Of a stretch of DNA of 64,000 nucleotides, positions 27,181 to 43,771 are shown one piece after another; within the stretch, counting starts at the first letter, position 1; the number at the start of each line of letters is the position of its first letter. Origin of the DNA: Octopus vulgaris (Eukaryota); contig OX597814.1 of NCBI GenBank assembly GCA_951406725.2, positions 154,008,001 to 154,072,000 of the forward strand, given 5' to 3'. A model generated the notes under the pieces. It saw nothing but the letters and a program-made list of their open reading frames with translations, did not search any database and had not been told where the DNA came from. The translations under genes and the position numbers were made by a program.

Positions 27181-27733
27181 ATAGTATGTATATATGCAGA
27201 TATTTTGTATGGTGTTATATAGTTCACTTCTCAACCAGTAGGTTTCAGGTTTAATACCACTGTGTCTCTTGCTTACTGACAGTTAATATTCTATCAGAAA
27301 CGTTAGCACACCGGGTGAAATGTTTTGCAGTATTTCATGTCTTTATGTTCCAAGTTCAAATTCCACCGAGGTCAACTTTGCCTTTCATCTTTCTGGGGTT
27401 GATAAATCAAGAACCAGTTGCATACTAGAGTCGATCTAATCAACTAGACCCTCCCCCAAAATTTTGTGCCTTGTGCCTAGAGTAATAAAGAATATTCTAT
27501 CAGCAAGACTTCTCAAACAAGTATTCACTTAGCAGTAATACCAAATACAATTTTCTACTTGAAACGCAATAAATTCCAATTGTCTGTATACACTGAAGAA
27601 ATATAGATTTTCAGAAATTGTCTGTGACCAATGGCTTGTTAGTGAAATATATTTATAGAAATTGTGCTGAGGCCTGTTGCATGAATTATACCTCATTCTT
27701 TTATGGTTACTCAAGTAAAAATCTTCTCTTGAC

Positions 27734-27940
27734 CAATGGTTCTCAAAAAGGGTCCACATACAATTCTGCTATTAAAATTTATGTTCAATAAATTGGTTAT
27801 TCTTCTACAATGAACAAAATATTTCAATCTTTTTATACAATTCCTAGGGACTTATTTAAACATTGAATGGTTATTAGTGTCCTGCAGAGTGAAACAGGAA
27901 TTAAAGGGATCCATAAGAAAAAAATGGCTGAGAACCACTA
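27734..27940. mobile_element. hAT/Charlie-type MITE
   Basis: Ends caatggttctca / tgagaaccacta; interior similar to the 10473 MITE. Confidence 0.55.
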
Positions 27941-30353
27941 CTCTAGAGATCAACTGGCTTCAGACCTGGAGAAGGATAGGCTTCAAGTTTTATAAATGCA
28001 TAAGACAAGCTGTATACTGAAATGGTGTCCCCCTACATTTCCATCAAGAGTTAAATGCCTATCATCATTGCTACATATATCATTTAAAGTCCACTTTTCT
28101 ATGCTTGCATGGAGCAGATGGAATTTGTTGGGATAGATTTTCTATGGCCAGATACCCTTCCTGTTGCCAACCATAACCCGTCTCTAAGCAAAGTAATATT
28201 TTCTCATAGCTAGACATGCTTTTCACAGAAAACTGAAACTCTGTTTATATGACTATCATACTCATTTACAACTATCATGTGGCATCAAGACAAGGATACA
28301 TATACAGTAAATTTCTTGCTGTTTCTATCAACCATACTTACAAGGCTTTGGTTTGCCAGGGGCTATTCTAGAAGAGGCTTCGGACACTGGATCTAAACAC
28401 AAGTTCACATGGTTGAGAAAGAAACTTCTAAACCTCACAGCCACACCCATGTTTATACAGGATGGTGCACAAAAAAACCAGGTTCTGTGATATAGTGTAA
28501 ATACAGAAATAAATTTACACACACACAAAAACACTCAGCCTTTCGTTTGCAAGTCTATTTACTTTATGCTAAGGAACATGGTTACTTTTTCACATGCCAC
28601 CCTGTATATTGGTAAAAGATGTAAATATCAGTGTTTGAACAAAATTGCTAGTGTATTCGTCTATTTAGTTACCCTGATAATCTATCATCACTCTTACCCT
28701 GAAATATGAAGTGAACCAGTCACTGGCCCATTAGAAATTTGCATTTTTTTTAATAGTTCTCCAAATGCAACATAAAGCCTCAGTTTTGATTTTGAGTAGT
28801 ACTAATTAAACCTTTAATTATCCAGTATTGATAAAATACCAGCTGCAATACTTAGACTAGTCAAATTAATACTTTACAATAAAATTAGTCTTGAAGGTTT
28901 GTCTACAGAAATCATTAATACTACGAAAGTCTTTTCTATTTAGTGGATTGAAGCAGGTTGTTCAATGAAGTAAATACTTCCTAAACACTTTAGCATTTAA
29001 AGTAGCCATATTCAGCCCAAATATTCTATTTTATGTTCAAACTAGCCAGATCCAGTCTCTCACACCTACCCTACAATGTCATTCTAAAAATGAACAATCT
29101 CATCATGGAAATCTTGAATAATGTGAATAGGCATTACATTACAAGAAAGTTTAAGTTACCAAACTCTGAAATAATCTCAATACACGAGAGATAAAACTAG
29201 ATATTAATCAATGAACTACATATAAATATTGTTAGATACTATTGACATAATAGTTGCAATGTACAAAATAATGTCAGAACTCTTACCAACGAAAGGATAG
29301 ATTTAGAACAAGGGAGAGAACTCCATTCTAATTTCACTACTAAATATACATTCGATTGAGGTTCATCACTAATTTGTTCAATGACCTATTTTCTAGTATG
29401 ATGTAGATGACAAATATCAATGGTGCCACCACGTGAAAATTAAACTCTAGTAAAACGAGCTAAAAACGTCAAATATATACATTTCATGGAAATATGTAAA
29501 TGATCATAGTTAAACCAGTGCTCTCAAGTAAAATACCTGATATTTACTGAAACTATGTAGCATAATTTCATCATAGTAAATCCAGTACCCCAGATTAGGC
29601 TGTTGGAAATCTAAAAACACATCGTTCCCAAAATATAAAATAAAAACCACAACCAAAATATCTTTACATTCAATTTCATGTATAGCTAATATACACCTTA
29701 CGAATTCGATTACTGGTGTGTTGTATCCTTGAGCAAGACGCTTTATATCAGTTCCAGTACACTCAGCTGATGAAAATGAGAAGTTACCTATCTTTCAAAG
29801 GGTTGACCTCATCACATTGAATCTCTCAGAGAATTACGTTAAGGGCATGCGTGTCTGTGGCATGTTCAACCACTTGCATCCAATTAATTGGAAACCTTGC
29901 CGTTTTGCCAGTTAGAAATGTCACAAAGATTACAAGATTATAACTTACATGATTATCAACAGCCAATTTGAAAACTACAATTAGCTCTCTGCAGAACGTC
30001 ATTAAGAATTATTTTACTACAAGTGTTTATTTAAAAGAATTGCTTATAATCATAAGTCAGTGTATTGGTATAGACAAGGCTGACAATATAAGGGATATAA
30101 CTTATCTGCAGATCTTTTTATATATACATATTTAACACTTGTATACTACATTATGTACGGTTTTGTCATTCATCATTTTACACAATGGGCTGAAAGCAAT
30201 AACCAACATTATAGGTATTTAACTAACACCTACAATGTTGCAACAAGCGTACAGCACCAAATAAGTAGGACACCCAGTAAACTTCAGGATATCTACAATG
30301 CATATATAAAAGGGACTATATAAAAAACAGGAAACAAGAATCACATGTTGATG

Positions 30354-30359
30354 TTTATT
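30354..30359 (-). terminator. RPS5 polyadenylation signal AATAAA
   Basis: tttatt on the + strand, 30 nt downstream of the stop codon. Confidence 0.85.
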
Positions 30360-30389
30360 GATACCAAATTTCCAACCAAAACACAAATC

Positions 30390-33865
<3,476 letters not shown>

Positions 33866-35989
33866 GATGGGTTTCTGAAATTAAATATGGGTTCAATTAG
33901 GTTACTTTCATTAATAATCAATGTAATCGGAGAAATGTTAACTAAACCTAAACTAGTATAGCTAACAACATTATACTGGTGCGTAATGTTGCAATATTGG
34001 AATTCAGTTCTAAATCAAGGGTGAAATGATGAAAACTGTCGAAATTACGAACGAAGCTATTGGAATTGTCCTAGGCTGTGAATTGTTTACTCAACAAAGA
34101 ATCTTTCAAACACGAATATTGTTAGTGAATATTGCATGAAATAAAAATTCATACAATGCGATCCTGTTAAAAACTACAATTTCCTTACTGCTGTAGATAG
34201 TTACAAATTAAGATGCTGCAAAGTATAAAGGTAGAAGAAAAGTATTCTATATGAGCCACACTTTCAACTGAATAAATATTTATATCAATACACAACTGTT
34301 TTTGTGTAAGAATACTTAAACTTGTCTCTTTCGAGATAATACAAACTTTATTAAAAATTTTTTTATATATAAAAACTATAATTTTGTTTATTTCGAAGAA
34401 ATTAGTGTCGTTATGTTTGTATTTTCATATTTTTGCGACAATACTTTCTTTCATTTCTTTTATTTAAGCTTGCAGAATGCTTTCATTATCTCCCCCGTAT
34501 TTTGCGAAATGTAAGACGGGACCCCAATATTAACGATCTTATCTTTAATATATACACACATAACATTTAATCTCTACTTTTTCACGCTCCCATGGGTCAC
34601 ACAGAATTAGAGACATATTCTACACCTAGATGTGCTTCATGACGGCAACCCTCACTTGTTTCTAAGCAAGATAATATTTCCCCATGGCCAAGCTTCCATT
34701 CAGTTTCCGTCATCAAATCCATTTACAATGGTTTGGTTGGCCAGGAACTATAGAAGACACTTGCAAGCCGTGCAGAATGAACCCACATGGTTGAGAAGCT
34801 TCTTAACCACATCTGCACCCACAACACACTTTTTTCAAGATTTAGTAATTGAAATGAAGTTACGCTGTAGGACTGTCTTCAAGTGTTTTAGTCATATCGA
34901 CCCCTAAGTAATTCGCCAGGTTTGACTTTATCGGACAATCCTTCATATCGAAAACCAATATGAAAATACAAACATAACGTCACTAATTTCTCGAAATAAA
35001 CAAAATTATAGTTTTTTTTATGTAAAAAAAAAAAGTTTTTAATAAAGACTGTATTGTTTGGCTATGAGGTTCTTACCAGCAATGCTTATTTTATCTCGAA
35101 AGAGACAAGTTTAAGTATTCTTATACAAACTTTACTGAAACTCGTGTTTGTATTTTCGTTGAATTTACAAAGAAATACCTTTAAGCAAATGACGGGCAGA
35201 GGTAAAGAATACATACATCGCCCGTTTTCGGCGTAACAAAAACCGTAATCCTAAACACCGGGTGTACTAGCGCAGATTTAAGTCCCTTTAAAGCTCCATT
35301 ATGGACTTAAACCACATGGTATTTACAACGACACGGATTTTCGGAAGAACCGTGCCTTTCAAGGAACATCCGAAGTTTTTTTTTGGGGGGGGGGGGGCTG
35401 AGGTACATGCCTATTCAGAGGGTATTTTAGAATTACGAACTTTAGTGATCAAAGAGAAAATTTCACTTTCGAGAAAAAAAAATTACAATATTTTTAAAAA
35501 ATCGAGATTCCATTAGACATCAAAATATATCCCAATATATATTATTGGGACTAAAAATTAATACGTGTTCCTCATTTTTTAATTACTTTTTCTTAAGCGC
35601 TATGGATCGGCAATTTAACCGGTACTAGAGGATTTAGAAATGTAAATTATTCAATTTTAGACAATACGATTCTCCATAAATCAAATGGAATAACTGCAAT
35701 TTATTTCCCATATTGTATTTTTAAATTCAATTATAAAGAGGATGATATTTATTAAAAGGATATGAAAAATTATGGGGAATCAGGTTGTTACGAGCGAGAC
35801 ACGAGTTAACCACGTTTACTAAATTCTCATATCTGGAATCCGTGTATCCCAATACAGCAAATAGATATATCTACAAATAATTATAAAAGCAAAGCTATAC
35901 TAAATAAAATCGACCGTAGGTTATAGCCTAATCTCATCGTTCAAAAAGAATTGCTTTTGCAGTTTTCAGCTTTTTTGAGAAGGTTGGGG

Positions 35990-36001
35990 CAACATGGCGC
36001 C
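35990..36001 (+). promoter_or_regulatory. YY1-type site (CAACATGGCGCC) in RPS5 intron 1
   Basis: Matches AANATGGCG about 200 bp downstream of the TSS, a common position in RP genes. Confidence 0.55.
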
Positions 36002-36193
36002 ATCGGTGACAAATAAGCGTGATATTTTTTACTATTTTATCTTATATTTTAACAAGATATGACTATACAAATAGTCTAAATTAGTAAATAAGTTTAAAAT
36101 AGATTAATATGTAATCATTTAAACAGGCTTAAAATAATTATAACAAGTAAAAATCAATTTAAAAGAGCCAGCAACATTCCACGTGAGACTTAC

Positions 36194-36220
36194 TTGCACA
36201 CAGGATAATCCAAAAAGAGG
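36194..36220 (-). promoter_or_regulatory. RPS5: RPS5 non-coding exon 1 with TCT initiator / 5'TOP tract
   Basis: Minus strand reads gCCTCTTTTTggattatcctgtgtgcaa|GTAAGT: a pyrimidine start typical of ribosomal protein mRNAs followed by a consensus donor. Confidence 0.8.
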
Positions 36221-36294
36221 CTAGTTCTAAGTCTCGTTTGTAAAACTTTATTAGCAAAATCTCGTTTATTCTCGTGAATAGTAACGAGACCGGA

Positions 36295-36302
36295 CCGGAA
36301 GT
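36295..36302 (+). promoter_or_regulatory. ETS/GABP-type site CCGGAAGT in RPS5 promoter
   Basis: Exact motif about 75 bp upstream of the TOP start; common in RP promoters. Confidence 0.6.
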
Positions 36303-36595
36303 ATTTGATTCCTTTACGTAAATATCGTTAGAAGTTTGCTTCTTCCTTCCTACTTGATGTATTTAACTTAAACAAAAAGGAAAACCTTATTTATGCTGAT
36401 ATTATAGTTATTTCCACAGTATAACAACACAATTTATTGGAAATAATTAGTTGTGAAATCTATATCTTTTACTTGTTTCAGTCATTGGTCCGCACTGTTT
36501 TGTCGAACAAATCGACATCAAAACTTATTTTTTAAAGTTTGGTATTTATTGTATCGGTCTTTGTTGCCGAGCAGCTAAGTTACGGGGACTTAAGC

Positions 36596-36740
36596 GGTAC
36601 TATTTAAGAAGAGTGGTCCCGGTGCGCGCACTCGCGCTAGCTAGTCGTGACTAGTCGACCCTTACTTTGTGTTTTTGTGTTTTATTTACTTTGCGAGGTA
36701 GTTGTTGCGCGCACCGGGACCACTCTTCTTAAATAGTACC
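36596..36740. mobile_element. Young 145-bp MITE with 35-bp perfect TIRs (Merlin-like), nested in a SINE (36465-36945, -)
   Basis: GGTACTATTTAAGAAGAGTGGTCCCGGTGCGCGCA and its exact reverse complement; 9-bp TSD GACTTAAGC/GACCTAAGC. Confidence 0.85.
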
Positions 36741-37648
36741 GACCTAAGCAAACCAATACCAGTTTTCAAACGGTGGTAAAGGGAACTATATATATATATA
36801 TATATAATGCTTCCTCACTTTCCGTCTACCAAATTCATTCATAAGTTATTAATCGGCCCATAACTGTAGTAGAAGACACAAGGTGCTGCGCAGTGAGATT
36901 GAACCTCAAACAACGTGACTGTAAAGCAAGCTTCTTAACCGCATGCGCACACACACATTCGCTAACAAATATACATGCCATAACGCGTTTCTGGGCGGAG
37001 GTAAAGATCATGGACTGCACCCACTTTGCGAATTTTGTTTTGTTTGTTAGTTTGTTTTCTTTTTTACAGGCACACACTATATCGAGGGCGGAGTTTCCGA
37101 TTCTGCAAAAAAAATCTGCATTTCAAAATTTAAATCACCCTCCCCCCCCCCACCTCCCTAAATTTCTTAAATTTTCATTTTTTTTTTAAATTTTCTTTGG
37201 CGAAATACATATTTCTAGCATGTGGATAGCCTGCTTGAAGGCCTGAGTTTTTTTATTTTTGTTTTTTTTTTTGAAAATTGAAATTTTACAAACTTTTTTC
37301 CCCAAATCGTAATCTTCGTATTTTTCTACGTATTTCGAAAAAAAATTTCCGGAAAAATGAGGTGAGGTGGGGGTGGGGCCTAATTGAAATTTTGAGAATG
37401 CGATTTTTGAAAACATTTTTTTCGGGTCTTTCGTGAAAAAAATCAATACATATATCAATTTTACCGGAAGTTATGACGGAAAAATGAAGTATGCAAAAAA
37501 TTAGGAAGATTCATCTAATTTTAAATATTTTATACTAAAAAACAAAACACGGAAAATAGGCACTCGCAATTATAAACAAACATATCGGACGATACAAGGG
37601 GAGATAACTTACTTTTACCAGTCAGCTATTAATGATACGAGGGTCCGA

Positions 37649-37850
37649 CAAGGCGGCGAGCTGGCAGAAACGTTAACACGCCGGGCGAAATGCGTAGCCG
37701 TATTTCGTCTGCCGTTTCGTTCTGAGTTCAAATACCGCTGAGGTCGACTTTGCCTTTCATCCCTTCGGGGTCGATATAATCGACTTAATCCGTTTGTCTG
37801 TCCTTGTTTGTCCTCTCTGTGTTTAATCCCTTGTTGGTAGTAAAGAAATA
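37649..37850 (+). mobile_element. Fourth SINE family ('aaggcggcgagctggcagaa' head; gtcgactttgcctttcatcc core); copies at ~27295-27490(+), 39360-39740(-), 51128-51365(+)
   Basis: Shared sequence among copies; the 51128 copy has a 15-bp TSD AATATT(G/A)GTCACAGA. Confidence 0.8.
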
Positions 37851-37925
37851 AATATCGTCTGCGAATTATAAGACCGTTTCACAATCTTTTTCTTAAAATT
37901 CAGTTTATAACTAATACATACTATT

Positions 37926-38150
37926 ATGTCAAATTTTGTGTCTGAACGTGGAATTTTTAATGCTATTACCTTTTTTCGTCTCGGAACGGAAAAGGCCATT
38001 GACTGGTGTAGAAAGTTTGGATTATTATCAAGACAAGAAATCTGTTGTGGAGTGCCTTGCGTTAGTGGAAGTTATTCCCGTTCAATTGATCGAATAACTT
38101 GGAGATGTGCTGTTTGTCGCAAAACTATAAACGTACGGAAATGCTCGTCT
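37926..38150 (+). mobile_element. Merlin/IS1595-like transposase N-terminal fragment
   Basis: EKAIDWCRKFGLL...C...IDRITWRCAVCRKTINVRK zinc-ribbon pattern. Confidence 0.65.
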
Positions 38151-38579
38151 AAGATCATATATCTACATGGTCAGATTTGAACAAAATACTACAAAATATA
38201 TACTGACCACAGTACTTACATAGCACTTTATTTTGTCTTCTTGTCGATTCACCCTCCCCTCCAATTTTGGAAAAGATTACATGCTAAAAGTAATATACCT
38301 CGGAATAGGTTTCAAAATAATTGCATTAGAATATTTTTCCTAGAATTTTTATAAAGAACATATTTTTAATTCATGTACAGCATTTTGAAATTACTTTCAT
38401 TAATTAAAGGTACTTTAAACAGTGATGATTAAAAGATATAAATGAAAGAAGTTTTATTTAAACAATATTTCTCAATTACATATAACATAAATTAGAAAAA
38501 AAATTGAACTAGAAAAATGGACGAAACCGAGAACACAACTGAAAAAATTACAAAACAATAAAACACACACAGAAACATA

Positions 38580-38915
38580 ATGGCCCAGGCAAACATTCCC
38601 TCCATCTTGGAACCATCTGGATTGTCCAGATGTGATAGGAAAAGACTTGATGGCCTCACCTGTGCCCCTGATCGAGAGGCAGATGCCTTGTCTAGAACGT
38701 CACAGTTACCGACTTCTTTGCTTCATCTCACATCCTGGATGCTGTAGTCAGGGCGAGATCCACAGCTTCTGCGGCCGAGCGGGACAAAATCCTGAAGTAC
38801 CGCAATCTGTCGCCCAACTACATTTTCTATCCTGTGGCGTTCGAGACGTTTGGTGGGGTCGGACCACTGCCTGCAAGATTCCTGTCTTGACAAGGCCTCC
38901 TTTTGTACCACGCCC
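38580..38915 (+). mobile_element. CRE-like non-LTR retrotransposon fragment (restriction-like endonuclease)
   Basis: IPSILEPSGLSRCDRKRLDGLT...GRCLV*NVTVTD...AAERDKILKYRNL...FYPVAFETFGGVG (RPD-type RLE pattern, disrupted). Confidence 0.75.
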
Positions 38916-40129
38916 GGATCTTTTCGGTTTGAACGGCAGTTTTTTTTTAATAATTTCTATGTAACTAAACACTTTTAAACTTCGTATACTGGTAGAATGT
39001 GTTTATAAAACATTTTTTTCTCTTGGCTTTCTTGAGAAAATTCTGTAGTTTGTAAGATATTTTCTTCAATTATTACCGTGACTTTTTTTACTAGGACTCC
39101 TCAAATTAGAGAGATGTATATATTGGGTTGGTACTTTATTTTATCAATCCAGAAAGTTGAAAGACAAAGTAGACCTCAAACCCAGACTGGCAAGGACAAC
39201 TCGGCCGTTTTTAACGGTAATTATAAATCATTTAAATTAACCGCTGTTTCTCATTAATGCAAAATTGACGCCAAAATGATGAAGAGCAAAGCTGATCCTG
39301 TGTAGGATTTGAAACCATAATTAAAGATGTCAATTCACTGTTCTTGTCCACATTGATATTCTTTTCTACTCTAGGCACAAGGACAAAAAAATTTTTGGGA
39401 AGGGGGCCAGTCAATTAGATCGACTCCAGTACGCAACTGATACTTAATTTATCCATCGAAAGGATGAAAGGCAAAGTCGACCTTGGCGGAATTTGAACTT
39501 AGAACGTAAAGACAGACGAAATACCTATTTCTTTACTACCCACAAGGGGCTAAACACAGAAGGGACAAACAAGGACAGACAAACGGATTAAGTCGATTAT
39601 ATCGACGCTAGTGCGTAACTGGTACTTAATTTATCGACCTCGAAAGGATGAAAGGCAAAGTCGACCTCGGCGGAATTTGAACTCACAACGCAGCTGCGGA
39701 CGAAATACTACAAAGCATGCTACCGTTTCTGCCAGCTCACCGATATCTTGCTCATATTGATATTAGAAGATAGAAATACTGCAAAAGATATAGATTAAAA
39801 ACGAGAAAATAGAGAAGCTACAGGGAAAAGCGGAGTTAGCTCCCCTGAACATAAACACTTTTGTATATGACGATTGATTTACATATTTCTAGTAACACTA
39901 AACCTCCAGTGTTTTTCTCCTAATTCTTATGGCGAGCCTTGTTGTTCAGCCTCCTTTTTTGCTTCTGGGATCCCCCACCCCATTTCCCGGAATTATTGGA
40001 ATTTTTTTTTTGTTTTTTGTAGCATATTAGGATATGCTACAAAACCCTTTTTTGGGGTCCGGAAAACGGGGTTGGGTGGGGCAAAACTCTCGAAAATTTA
40101 ACTTCCACTCCCATTTTCAAATCCTTTTT

Positions 40130-40902
40130 GGATCTTTTCCTTTTGAACGGCACATGTCAACACAATTTCTAGTTAACTAAACACTTTAAAACTTCGTATA
40201 CTGGTAGAATGTGTCAAAATAAAACATTTTTTTCTCTTGGCTTTCTTGAGAAAATTGTAATTCGTTTGTTTAACGTAGTTTAATTTTTCGAATTTTAACC
40301 AATCAATTGCCTCTAATTGTGCTAAAATCATTTGCTGCGTCTAAAACTGAGACAACATCCTGTCACTAACCCTAACCCTAACCCTTTTTTTTCTTAATTG
40401 TTGAATTAATTTAAGGATAACAATTAAGAAAAAAAAACGAAAGGCTAAAACAAAAGCAATGGAAAATAATTTAAACAATTAACAAACAAAATAATTCTAT
40501 AATTTTATACACACGCTTTCCGTATACGTGCGGAAAGTGTGTGTATAAAATTATAGAATTATTTTGTTTGTTAATTGTTTAAATTATTTTCCATTGCTTT
40601 CGTTTTTTTTACATGCGTAACAATTAAGAAAAAAAAAATTTAGGGTTAGGGTGAAGATGAGGGTTAGTGACAGGATGTTGTCTCAGTTTTAGACACAGCA
40701 AATGATTTTAGCTCACTAGAGGCGATTGATTGGTTAAAATTCGAAAAATTAAACTATGTTAAACAAACAAATTACAATTTTCTCAAGAAAGCCAAGAGAA
40801 AAAAGTGTTTTATTTTGACACATTCTACCAGTATACAAAGTTTTAAAGTGTTTAGTTAACTAGAAATTGTGTTGACATGTGCCGTTCAAAAGGAAAAGAT
40901 CC
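40130..40902. mobile_element. 773-bp near-perfect palindromic element with telomeric repeats; partial related arm at 38916-39050
   Basis: GGATCTTTTCCTTTTGAACGGCAC... / ...GTGCCGTTCAAAAGGAAAAGATCC; centre near 40526; CTAACC repeats at 40366-40385 and TTAGGG at 40640-40668. Confidence 0.88.
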
Positions 40903-43059
40903 TAGTTTTCGAGAGGGTGTGGATTACATTAGATTGAAAATTCAAAGAAGTTTGAAATGAATATATGAAAATGCCGAGTTTAAAGAAGTGTGGAGAGATA
41001 ACAAACGATAAATTCGCCTTAAAGAAAACACGTTAGAGTTTTCGCATGTATATGCGAAACGGAGTAAAGTATTATAAAAACAAAATATCTTTTTCCTACC
41101 TCTTAAAATCACTGGATATAATATATATAATAATCCCAAATAGATTTTTCCCTTTGCAATTCTTTGCGCCGAAATGTGTTTCATTTTTGTGTGTGGAGAG
41201 AAAGAGAGAGAGAAAGAAAGAAAGAGTGAGTGGGTGACGAAGTTTACCTAAACATTGAATGGGTAACAATCTATCATAATTATATATATATCATTATATG
41301 ACATCATCACCATCATTGTTTAACGTCTGCTTTCCATTCTGGCATGGGTTGGACGGTTTGACTGAGAACTGGCAAGCCAGGAAAATCTATTCGGAATTAT
41401 TATATCCAGTGATATAATACCCTGTCCCCTTTTGTTTTTTGTTTTGTTTTGTTTTTTCTAAACAAAAATAAGGAGTTTGCAGTATATTAGGAGGTCAGAG
41501 TCCTTGATTCCACGCAAAAAAATCTGCGTTTTTTTTTGTTTTGTTTTTTTTCTTTAGTAAAAATCGTGCAGATGAAAGAATCAAATAATACCACTCGTTT
41601 TTGCCAGCTGAGTGGACTGGAACAAGAAATAAAGTGTCTTACTGATGGACACAATGTGCCACCTGGAATTGAACTCACGACCTTACGATCATGAACCAAA
41701 TACCCTAACCACTTCCCTTCATATGCAACACAACATCTGGCCAAGTGACGACACTGTGTTAGTTGATGTATTTCAATCAGTTTAATTGACTAACCTTTTG
41801 CTTTGCTGCATAACATGGCAAAGGTTGACTTGAAGGGAAATTGCTTGCAGATAAGTGAATGGAGAAGGGAATTAATTCTTTTCTGGCACACGAGTAGCAC
41901 ATACACACAAAGGATCACATGAATGGGTGCAACAGAACGATCCTTTGGAGATCGTGTTCTGTGACTGATGACATTTAAGTGACCTACAGCTGTGTTTTCT
42001 TTTCTTTTTTTATAGCTGATAAAAGAAATCTCTGACACATGGAAACATAATAAGTTCAACCATAAGAACAGAGCATGTTTTGCTTTCTTCTCAGAATTCA
42101 GAACAATATTCGCCATTTTCAGGGGCTTGCATTTCAGTAGTTACATAGAAGCTCCTCCTCCTCATGGTCGTCGTCGTCATCATCATTGTTGTTGACGTCA
42201 TCATCATCATCACCACCACCACCACATAAAATTCATGTTTTGTACTGGCATGGAACAGATGGTTCAACAGTGGGTTCAAGAACTGTATCATGTTTCATTG
42301 TCTACTTAGGCATTCTTTCTATTGTTGGATACCCTTCCTAATGCCAACCAATTTATATCTTTTATTGGGTGTTGTTTTTATATCACCAGCATTACTAAAG
42401 TCATCATGCAACTTGCAAGACAAGGAATCATAGGAAAGATAACTTTATGTTGGGTGATGAGGGAGTTAAAGTATGAAGGAAAGGGTCATGGCTGAAGCTA
42501 AGTAGTTAATCATATTTTAGAAGAGAGGTGGTGGTGCTGTGGTGATTGTGATGAAGCTGGGAACAGATAAAAATAATTGCGATGAGATGTCTGGGTAGGC
42601 CAGCCTAGTGAGAGAGGACAGAGGAATTGTGAATGTGGGTGGATAATGGTTCCAAGAGAATTTGGGAAAGAGAGCATGAGAGAGTGTGGAATGTATCAAA
42701 ATAATAAATGAAGAACAGGTGTTAAGGGGTGTATGTTGTGAATGATTGATAAGGGATGGACGGGAGTCCAATGATGCATGGGGTTGAAGGGCAACAGAAA
42801 AATAATATTGATACAGTGGTCAAGAGAGAGATAGAGGTAGTTCATGTGTTTGAGTGGGTTGCCAGTGTGGGAGTGGGTGAGAGCAGGTATAGTGTGTGGG
42901 GAGAGTGAGAGATGTACAAGGTGGGTGGAAAGTAACAAGGCATTAGAAATTGGTTATAGAATCTTTTAGTATCACTGAAGTCATGATGTAAACATTTTTA
43001 AACAGACAACACTAATGGGGATTTCTTGTTTTCTTATTGTCTTATTTCTTATTTTCCAG

Positions 43060-43771
43060 ATGGCTGGTCGCTTAACTGTTCAGGAGCCAACAAAGATAGC
43101 AGCACGCTATGAAGTGTGGAATTCCATTGTTTTGGTTCAGAGGTGGTGGCATGCATGGAGAAAGGTAAGCATGCAACACTACATCCGGAGATAATAAAAA
43201 GTTGTCATGCATAGCTGATGACCACGGGCTCTGTGAACGATGCAAGAAGTGGCCATCCAACTACATCCTGATCAGCTGAGAATGTTACAACAGAGCAGGA
43301 AATGCTTAATCATAACCCACAAAAGTCAACACGTCAAGTAGCTCGTGAAAGTGGACTAACAAGACACGCAATATGTACAGTGCTGCATAAAGAAGTGAAT
43401 TTTCGTCAGTGGAAACCCCATTACATACAGGAGTAAAACCTGAAGACTGAATGCAGAAGTCCAGATTTCACTCCGTGTGATTTTTACCTGTGGAGTTACA
43501 CAAAAGAGGTGTACAAGACAAAACTTCGCACACTGGAGAACTTGGAGACACAGATTCAGGAGGTTCTCAATAATATCCCAGATGATATCTTTCAGGAGGT
43601 TGTTCATTCCATCCACGGCCATTTGAGGAAACTGGTTGACACCACCAGTGCTTACATTGAAATATGAAGATTTACTTCTGTTTTCCCATGTCATTTGTTT
43701 CAATAAATTTGTAAAAGGAATATGGATTTTATTACCAATTTTTAATGCCTACTTACTTTTCATCCACCCTG
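43060..43771 (+). mobile_element. Internally deleted Tc1/mariner (maT-like) transposon
   Basis: MAGRLTVQEPTKIAARYEVWNSIVLVQRWW HTH start; SPD-like and TLENLETQI C-terminal remnants; right end ...catccaccctg|ta. Confidence 0.7.

Noticed and set aside
40366-40385. CTAACCCTAAC as a telomerase RNA template
   Set aside because: It lies in a palindromic repeat with a mirrored copy; no pseudoknot or H/ACA context is evident.
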